From contig CAVWNW010000018.1 in assembly GCA_963756425.1 (NCBI GenBank), positions 23,281 through 87,280 of the forward strand: DNA of 64,000 nucleotides. Reading direction: 5' to 3'. The notes below the pieces were generated by a model. The model saw only the letters and a program-made list of their open reading frames with translations. It was not told where the DNA came from and did no database searches. How positions within the stretch are numbered: the first letter of the stretch is position 1; every line of letters starts with the position of its first letter. A program made the translations under genes and the position numbers. Below are positions 57,888-64,000 of the stretch, in pieces. Source of the stretch: an uncultured bacterium (lineage in GTDB: Bacteria > Actinomycetota > Acidimicrobiia > Acidimicrobiales > VFJN01).

Positions 57888-58802
57888 GTGAGCCGGGTCG
57901 TCACCGTCGCCGCCGCCCAGCTCGGGCCGATCCAGCGTGACCACACCCGTGCCGACACCGTCGAGCGACTGCTGGCGCACCTGCGGGGCGCGGCCGAGCG
58001 CGGGGCGGACCTGGTCGTGTTTCCGGAGCTGGCGCTCACCACCTTCTTCCCCCGCTGGTGGTACGAGGACGGCTCCCCCGAGCTGGCCGCCTGGTACGAG
58101 ACCGAGCTGCCGGGCGCCGACACGAAGCCGCTGTGGGACGAGGCGCGCCGGCTCGGGGTCGGCTTCTGCCTGGGGTTCGCCGAGGAGACGCCCGACGGCC
58201 ACCGGTTCAACACGTCGGTGCTCGTGGGGGCCGACGGCGCCGAGATCGGCCGCTATCGCAAGATCCACCTGCCCGGCCATCGCGAGCACGAGCCGTGGCG
58301 GGCGTTCCAGCACCTCGAGAAGCGCTACTTCGAGACCGGGGACCTCGGGTTCCCCGTGTACGCGGCGTTCGGCGGGACCGTCGGCATGCTCATCTGCAAC
58401 GACCGGCGTTGGCCGGAGGCCTACCGCATGCTCGGCCTGCAGGGCGTCGAGCTCGTGTGCATCGGCTACAACACGCCGGTCCACAACCCGCCGGCACCCG
58501 AGCACGACCGCTTCGGCGACTTCCACAATCGGCTGGTCATGCAGGCCGGCGCGTATCAGAACGGCACGTTCGTGGTGGCCACGGCGAAGGCGGGCACCGA
58601 GGAGGGCGTGGACCACATCGGCGGGTCGTGCGTCATCCACCCGTCCGGGGCCGTCATCGCGCAGTGCACGGGGCTAGGCGACGAGCTCGCCGTGGCCGCC
58701 TGCGACCTCGACGACTGCACGTCCTACAAGACCACGGTCTTCGACTTCGCCGCCCACCGCCGCCCCGACCAGTACGGCCGGCTGACCGAGACCGAGCCGT
58801 AG
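57888..58802 (+). CDS. N-carbamoyl-D-amino-acid hydrolase (nitrilase superfamily)
   Basis: Extended identity with the D-carbamoylase sequence I remember from Agrobacterium (FPELALTTFFPRW...RFNTS.L....G.I.G.YRKIHLPGH.E.....FQHLEKRYFE.GDLGFPVY...MLICNDRRWPEA.R..GL.G.E....GYNTP.HNPP.P). The Glu-Lys-Cys triad is present. Confidence 0.92.
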   Translation: MSRVVTVAAAQLGPIQRDHTRADTVERLLAHLRGAAERGADLVVFPELALTTFFPRWWYEDGSPELAAWYETELPGADTKPLWDEARRLGVGFCLGFAEETPDGHRFNTSVLVGADGAEIGRYRKIHLPGHREHEPWRAFQHLEKRYFETGDLGFPVYAAFGGTVGMLICNDRRWPEAYRMLGLQGVELVCIGYNTPVHNPPAPEHDRFGDFHNRLVMQAGAYQNGTFVVATAKAGTEEGVDHIGGSCVIHPSGAVIAQCTGLGDELAVAACDLDDCTSYKTTVFDFAAHRRPDQYGRLTETEP

Positions 58803-58824
58803 CCGTAGCACCTACGCCAACCCC

Positions 58825-58874
58825 GAACTTGCCGCAGATAGGGCTGCCATGACGTCGGTTACTGCGGCAAGTTC
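58825..58874. repeat. 13-bp-arm inverted repeat GAACTTGCCGCAG...CTGCGGCAAGTTC between convergent genes (variant of the palindromic family; likely bidirectional terminator)
   Basis: Perfect arms with a 24-nt loop. It shares the TGCCGC/GCGGCA termini with the copies at 10210, 20383 and 25889. Confidence 0.6.
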
Positions 58875-58890
58875 GATCAGTGGGGAGCCG

Positions 58891-60042
58891 TCAGCGGGGC
58901 GGGCGACCGACGATCCGCTCGAAGTTGACCGGGTCGGTCACGCCCTCGGTGACCAGTAGCAGGACGGTGGCCTCGCCCGGGATCGGCAGCTCGGCACCGT
59001 GCTCGGCACGCAGGGCCAGGAGCCCGCCCAGGGCCGCGGCCCCCGTCTCGCCCGCGTCGAGGCCGGCGACGGCCAGCGACCGGATGGCGTCCCGGCAGCG
59101 GTCGTCGTCGATGGTCACGAACGCGTCGAACCCCGCCGCCACCGTGGGGAGGGCCAGCATCGACGCGAGCCCGCAGTTGAGCCCGGCCATGATCGACCGG
59201 TGGGGCCCGGGCACCTCCACGATGTGGCCAGCCCGTACCCCCTCCGCGACGCACGCCGCGGAGTCGGGCTCGACACCCACGAGCACCGGCCCCTCCCCCG
59301 GTTCGAGCCCCGCCCGGAGCCAGGAGGCGGCCGCCGCCCCCAGGGCCCCCACCCCCAACGGGACCATGACCAGGTCGGGTGCCGGCGCGTCGAGCGCCGC
59401 GAGCTGGTCCTCGAGCTCGGCGAAGATCGTGGCATAGCCCTCGATCACCCGGCGCGGCGGATCCTCGTACCCGGGCCACGAGGTATCGGAGATGACCAGG
59501 TCGCGTTCGCCCGCCATCGCGGCCGACTCGGCCACGGCGTCGTCGTAGGTGCCCGGCACGACCGTCACCTCGGCACCCTCGGCGGCGATGCCGCCGATGC
59601 GGGCGGGGGCGGTGCCGTCGGGCACCAGGATGGTCGCGGAGAGTCCGAGGAGCTTGGCCATCCGCGCCACCGCCCGGCCGTGGTTGCCGTCGGTGGCGGC
59701 CACGAGCCGCAGCGGTCCCAGGTACTGGGCCACGATCGCCGCGAGGTCGGGGAGCGTGTCCCACTGTGGGTCGGCCGCCCCGCCGGCCGCCGCCAGCCGG
59801 TCGCACAGGACCCGGTACGTCGCCCACGAGGCGCCGAGGATCTTGAAGGCCGGCAGGCCCATGCGGCTCGACTCGTCCTTGACCAGCACCCGGGCCACGG
59901 CGGCGGCCTCGGCCAAGGCCGGCATGTCGCGTACCGGCGTGGGCCCGTACCCCGGGAGCCGGCGGTGGAAGGCGGTGACCTCGGGGCCCGGGCGTGCGTC
60001 GGCCGGCAGCGGCTTGGTCTCGTGGTTCACGAGCAGCGACAT
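58891..60042 (-). CDS. dpaL: Diaminopropionate ammonia-lyase (PLP-dependent)
   Basis: YGPTP...VLVKDESSRMGLPAFKILGASWA, ATDGNHGRAVA, W.GYED.P..VIEGYAT and IMAGLNCG match the YgeX/DpaL pattern. Confidence 0.88.
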   Translation of the reverse strand: MSLLVNHETKPLPADARPGPEVTAFHRRLPGYGPTPVRDMPALAEAAAVARVLVKDESSRMGLPAFKILGASWATYRVLCDRLAAAGGAADPQWDTLPDLAAIVAQYLGPLRLVAATDGNHGRAVARMAKLLGLSATILVPDGTAPARIGGIAAEGAEVTVVPGTYDDAVAESAAMAGERDLVISDTSWPGYEDPPRRVIEGYATIFAELEDQLAALDAPAPDLVMVPLGVGALGAAAASWLRAGLEPGEGPVLVGVEPDSAACVAEGVRAGHIVEVPGPHRSIMAGLNCGLASMLALPTVAAGFDAFVTIDDDRCRDAIRSLAVAGLDAGETGAAALGGLLALRAEHGAELPIPGEATVLLLVTEGVTDPVNFERIVGRPPR

Positions 60043-60118
60043 GTCCGCGGTTCTACCCGCGCCGGCAACCCGCCACGGAGCGCTAGGTCGGGCAGGCCCG
60101 GATGGTTACGTTGACGCG

Positions 60119-61339
60119 GTGAGCGACGGGACCCGTGGCCCCCTCAGGCAGTGGCTGTGGAGCCCACCGCGAGCCCACGGCGAGGTCATCGCCGACCGCA
60201 CGGTGAGCTCCCTGGAGCTGTTCTACGACCTGGTGTACGTGGCGGTCATCAGCCAGGCGGCGCACCACCTTGCCGAGCACGTCACGGCTCGTGGGTTCGT
60301 GGAGTTCACGATCGTCTTCGGGTTGATCTGGACTGCGTGGGTCAACGGGTCCCTCTATCTCGAGCTCCACGGCCGCGAGGACGGCCGGACTCGCAGCGCC
60401 GTCTTCCTCCAGATGGGCGTCCTGGTCCTGCTCGCCGTGTTCACCGCCGATGCTGCAGGCGACAGCGGCACCGCCTTCGCGTTGGTCTACGCCGGGTTCC
60501 TCGCCGTCATGACGTGGCTCTGGTACAGCGTCCGACGCCAGGACCGCTTCGGCCACCCCGAGTTCGTGGCCCCTGCCGGCCGCTACGTGCTCGGCATGGC
60601 GGTGGCGGTGCTGGTGATCGTCGCCAGCGCGTTCCTCCCCGACGGGCCGCGGCTCGTCGTGTGGGCGGGCTTCTGCATCGCCTGGCTCGTGGGCATCGCC
60701 CTGATCGGCCGGTTGGCGGTGGTCCACGACGGCCTGCCGCCCACCGACTCGCTGGTTGAGCGGTTCGGGCTGTTCACGATCATCGTCCTCGGCGAGGTGA
60801 TCTTCGGCGTGGTCGACGGCCTGTCGTCGGCCGACCGTGACGGGCTCGTCATCGTGACCGGGCTGGTCGCCCTCGGGATCGGCTTCGGCTTCTGGTGGAT
60901 CTACTTCGACCTGGTCGGGCGGCGGCGGCCCCGGAACGACGGCGGGCCACTCGTCACGTGGATGCTGAGCCACCTACCGATCACGCTGTCAATCGCCGCC
61001 GCCGGGGCCGCGATGGTCAGCCTGATCAGCCACGCCGCTGACGCGAGGACACCGGCGAGTACAGGCTGGCTTCTCGCCGGTTCCGTCGCCCTTGGCCTGC
61101 TCGCGCTGTCCTTCGCCGAGCAGACGCTCGCCGACGCGGATCGCTTCGCGGTCGTCTACAGACCCCTCAGGATCGCCGGCGCCGCGGCCACGGCGCTCGC
61201 CGTCGGCTGGGCCCGGCCTGCGCCCTGGCTCCTGGCCCTCCTGCTCGTGCTGATCCTGTCGGTGCTCTGGGGCTTCGCGGTCAGCCGCTTCCTGCAAGGC
61301 GGCGTCTGGACGAGGCCGGAGTCGTCCCGCACCGACTGA
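60119..61339 (+). CDS. ltrA: Low-temperature-requirement protein A (LtrA)-family membrane protein
   Basis: From GTG 60119. Has SSLELFYDLVYVAVISQ and multiple TM helices. Confidence 0.8.
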   Translation: MSDGTRGPLRQWLWSPPRAHGEVIADRTVSSLELFYDLVYVAVISQAAHHLAEHVTARGFVEFTIVFGLIWTAWVNGSLYLELHGREDGRTRSAVFLQMGVLVLLAVFTADAAGDSGTAFALVYAGFLAVMTWLWYSVRRQDRFGHPEFVAPAGRYVLGMAVAVLVIVASAFLPDGPRLVVWAGFCIAWLVGIALIGRLAVVHDGLPPTDSLVERFGLFTIIVLGEVIFGVVDGLSSADRDGLVIVTGLVALGIGFGFWWIYFDLVGRRRPRNDGGPLVTWMLSHLPITLSIAAAGAAMVSLISHAADARTPASTGWLLAGSVALGLLALSFAEQTLADADRFAVVYRPLRIAGAAATALAVGWARPAPWLLALLLVLILSVLWGFAVSRFLQGGVWTRPESSRTD

Positions 61340-61474
61340 CACGCGCCGCCGTCCCAACGCAATCTCGCTCACCGCTTGCGCCCGGCCGGCGCTCTGGATT
61401 CGGTGGGCGTTTCGGGATCCGGGCGGGTTCATTTCGTCCAAGACCGCAGGCCCCGTGGGTGCGACGCTGCGGGC

Positions 61475-61891
61475 ATGAAGCTCGTGACCGAACCTCGTGG
61501 CGCGATCGATCTCATTGCCACGCCCGTCCACCTCAGCCTCGGGTCGCGCGCGCTGGCCGTCGACGGCTTCGACTGGGACGCGGCGGTGCTGGAGGCCTAC
61601 GCGGCGGCGGTCGCCGAGGACGGCGCGGAGGGCCGGATCGTCATGGTCTTCGAGGGCAGCCGATCATGGGACATCTGGGAGCGCCACCCCGCCGGCGACG
61701 AGGTCGTGATCTGCCTCTCAGGTCGGATGACGGTCATCCGCGAGGTCGACGGCCAGCCCGACCCTGTAGGGCTCGGTCCGTGCCAGGCGATGATCAACCC
61801 CGCCGGCGTGTGGCACACGGCGGACGTCCACGAACCGGTCCGGTTCATGACGATCACGCCGGGCCTGGGAACCGAGCATCGGGCACGCTGA
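61475..61891 (+). CDS. Cupin-domain protein
   Basis: From ATG 61475. Small beta-barrel pattern (WERHPAGDEVVICLSGRMTV...NPAGVWHTADV). Confidence 0.65.
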   Translation: MKLVTEPRGAIDLIATPVHLSLGSRALAVDGFDWDAAVLEAYAAAVAEDGAEGRIVMVFEGSRSWDIWERHPAGDEVVICLSGRMTVIREVDGQPDPVGLGPCQAMINPAGVWHTADVHEPVRFMTITPGLGTEHRAR

Positions 61892-61921
61892 CGACCCTCT
61901 AGGCGGGCGCGCCCGCAGCGA

Positions 61922-62091
61922 GCACTATGGATCCGTGGTGACGAAGTGATCCCGCCCGACGCCGAGCGGCTGTTTGCACAGCGGATGGGGCGACGGTGAA
62001 GGAGTTCGCGTCGAGCCACGTCGTGTTGGTCTCCCACCCCGACGAGATTGCGGACCTGATCGAGGCGGCGGTCCGAGACGTGGCCGACTAG
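61922..62091 (+). pseudogene. Remnant of the C-terminus of an alpha/beta-hydrolase gene, internally frameshifted
   Basis: ALWIRGDEVIPPDAERLFAQRMG then, after a frame change at about 61996, VKEFASSHVVLVSHPDEIADLIEAAVRDVAD stop. This is the typical C-terminal layout of alpha/beta hydrolases. No start codon or N-terminal domain is present. Confidence 0.35.
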
Positions 62092-62140
62092 CACCGAAGC
62101 TGCCGACGTCCTCGCGTCCTGCGCCACAGCGACACAGGGC

Positions 62141-62157
62141 TTCAACATTTTGTTGAA
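62141..62157. promoter_or_regulatory. Second copy of the AT-rich palindrome: TTCAAC-ATTTT-GTTGAA, 20 nt upstream of the fused Mo-hydroxylase gene
   Basis: It shares 16 of 17 positions with 51880-51896, has the same spacing to a GTG start, and the 19-nt spacer is also partly conserved. Confidence 0.65.
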
Positions 62158-62176
62158 CTCTGTCAGTCTGGACGGC

Positions 62177-64000
62177 GTGGCGGTGTCCTTCATTCTCAAC
62201 GGCGGCGAGGTCGAGGTCGGCGACCATCCCCACCTCCTCTCGGCCCTGCGGGAGGAGCTCGACGTCACGAGCCCAAAGGACGGCTGCTCACCGTCGGGCC
62301 AATGCGGCTGCTGCACGGTGCTCATCGACGGCAAGCCCATGATCGCCTGCTCGCTGGGCCTCGAGCGCGTGGCCGGCCGGGCGGTCACCACGCTCGAGGG
62401 GATCGATCCGGCCGAGCGCGACCGCCTGGCCGGCGCGTTTTCCGCCACGGGCGCGCTCCAGTGCGGTTTCTGCACACCCGGCATCGTCGTGCGCGCCAAG
62501 TACCTGCTCGACAAGGAGGGGCCGGCCCTCACCCGCGACAAGGCGGCCCGCCACCTCGGGGGCCACCTGTGCCGGTGCACCGGGTACCACTCCATCCTCG
62601 ACGCGGTCGAGCTGCTGGCGTCGGGGGCGGAGACCCCGGTGTCGCTGCCGGCCGGCAACGGCAATGCCAACGGCCACGACCGAGACGGCCGGCCGGGGGG
62701 CATCGGCAGTGACAGCGCCAAGTACCAGGCCACGGAGATGGCCCTCGGCGATAAGCCCTACATCGACGACCTTCGGGTGCCCGGCATGCTCCACGCCGCC
62801 GTGGTGCTGTCCGAGCACGCCCGCGCCGACATCCTGGCGATCGACATCACCGCCGCGGCCGCGACGCCCGGCGTGGTCCGGGTGTTCACGGCCGCCGACG
62901 TGCCCGGCGACCTCCGGATCGGCCTGATCCACCGCGACTGGCCCGTCTTCATCCCCGTCGGCGGGCGCACCGCCTATACGGGCGACGTGCTGGCCCTGGT
63001 GGTGGCGGGAGATCGGGCCACCGCCCGGGCCGCCGCAGAACGGGTGGCCGTGGAGTACCGACCCTTGCCCCCGTTCACCGATCCGCTGCGGGCGGTCGAC
63101 TCGACCGAGCCCGCCGTGTGGCGGGTGGGCGAGGCCGACGCCCCCAACGTCCTGTCCCGCACCGCCTACGCCCGTGGCCATGCCGATATCGACGCCGCCC
63201 TGGGCGACAGCGCCCACGTCGTCCACGAGGTGTTCCAGACCCAGCGCATCGAGCACGCGTTCCTCGAGCCCGAGGCCACCCTCGCGGTCCCCCTCGACGA
63301 CGGCCGGCTGGAGGTGTTCTCGGGCGGCCAGGGGGTGTGGGACGACCGGCGCCAGATCGCCGACGTGCTCGGCGTGGACGAGGACCGGGTCCTTGTCCAC
63401 CTGGTTGCCAACGGCGGCGCCTTCGGCGGCAAGGAGGACTGCGGCAACCAGACCCAGACCGCGCTCGCCGCCCACGTGCTGGGACGACCGGTGAAGTGCG
63501 TGTTCAGCCGGGAGGAATCGCTGCACGTCCACCCCAAACGCCATCCCGTGCGGATCGAAGCGTGGGCCGGGTGCGACGCCGACGGCCGGCTCACGGCGCT
63601 GAAGGCCCGCATCGTGGGCGACTCCGGCCCGTACGCCTCCGTGGGCATGAAGGTGTTGGAGCGCGCTGCGGGCCACGCCGGCGGCCCGTACTCCTGGCCG
63701 GCCATCGACGTCGACGCCGTCGCCGTCCGCACCAACAACCCGGTGTGCGGCGCCTTCCGGGGCTTCGGCGCCAACCAGGCCCAGTTCGCGAGCGAGGGGG
63801 TGATCGACCGGCTGGCGGCGGCCACCGGCATCGATCCATGGGAGATGCGGGCCCGGAATGCGGTCACACCCGGCTGCACCTGGGGCCCCGGCCAGGTCAT
63901 GGACGACGGCTGCCTCGGCGCCCGGGACTGCCTCGACGCCCTGAAGCCCCATTACGACGACGCCGTGGCCGCCGGCAAGGCGGTCGGCCTCGGGCTCGGC
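62177..64000 (+). CDS. Fused [2Fe-2S] + molybdopterin-binding hydroxylase (XdhD / aldehyde oxidoreductase-like), 3' end beyond window
   Basis: Not in the ORF track because it has no stop inside the window. My translation from GTG 62177 reads VAVSFILNGGEVEVG...GCSPSGQCGCCTV...QCGFCTPG...CRCTGY, then a hammerhead domain, NGGAFGGKED and GAFRGFG. The frame is open for 608 codons to base 64000. Confidence 0.88.
   Translation, partial: MAVSFILNGGEVEVGDHPHLLSALREELDVTSPKDGCSPSGQCGCCTVLIDGKPMIACSLGLERVAGRAVTTLEGIDPAERDRLAGAFSATGALQCGFCTPGIVVRAKYLLDKEGPALTRDKAARHLGGHLCRCTGYHSILDAVELLASGAETPVSLPAGNGNANGHDRDGRPGGIGSDSAKYQATEMALGDKPYIDDLRVPGMLHAAVVLSEHARADILAIDITAAAATPGVVRVFTAADVPGDLRIGLIHRDWPVFIPVGGRTAYTGDVLALVVAGDRATARAAAERVAVEYRPLPPFTDPLRAVDSTEPAVWRVGEADAPNVLSRTAYARGHADIDAALGDSAHVVHEVFQTQRIEHAFLEPEATLAVPLDDGRLEVFSGGQGVWDDRRQIADVLGVDEDRVLVHLVANGGAFGGKEDCGNQTQTALAAHVLGRPVKCVFSREESLHVHPKRHPVRIEAWAGCDADGRLTALKARIVGDSGPYASVGMKVLERAAGHAGGPYSWPAIDVDAVAVRTNNPVCGAFRGFGANQAQFASEGVIDRLAAATGIDPWEMRARNAVTPGCTWGPGQVMDDGCLGARDCLDALKPHYDDAVAAGKAVGLGLG

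Overview
Very GC-rich chromosomal segment (judged by eye, not computed). The gene content points to an Actinomycetota-type genome: class E-like sortase, DUF2510, a TetR/MMPL pair, an HspR-type HAIR box upstream of lon, and an LpqC-like lipoprotein esterase. I support about 55 protein-coding genes. I saw no rRNA, tRNA or CRISPR array, and no transposase, integrase, phage or recognisable defence genes. Housekeeping genes are cysS, valS, lon, zwf, an MscS-type channel and aqpZ. Metabolic modules are glcD-glcE-glcF; a same-strand array of icmF, a fused E1 alpha/beta dehydrogenase and phhA with a divergent MarR; and a roughly 16.6 kb N-heterocycle (purine/hydantoin) catabolic island at 47.4-64.0 kb. 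The island holds two molybdenum-hydroxylase systems, two deaminase-like amidohydrolases, a D-hydantoinase, two decarbamoylases, diaminopropionate ammonia-lyase and an embedded AlkA glycosylase. It is my best candidate for an undescribed system. It looks like a hydrolytic relative of the E. coli ygeV-ygfT purine locus, and both Mo-enzyme operons carry the same AT-rich palindrome 20 nt before their start codons. The non-coding layer is unusually structured. A 44-bp palindromic repeat family has AA/TT flanks; some copies sit as terminators and one lies in frame inside glcF. A 131-bp MITE-like insertion with a 9-bp target duplication sits exactly on the glcE/glcF ATGA junction. Nested inverted repeats lie between convergent genes. 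Six 15-bp tandem repeats occupy the icmF/marR promoter region. A GTTACC-N4-GGTAAC operator is shared by the tetR and acyl-CoA dehydrogenase upstream regions. Three hydrolase genes are frameshifted and two gene remnants are present. All product calls come from motifs I recognise by reading the translations; no database search was possible. Start codons are often ambiguous because the ORF track uses ATG, GTG and TTG. The last gene and the first gene run off the window edges, and the last one is absent from the ORF track for that reason.
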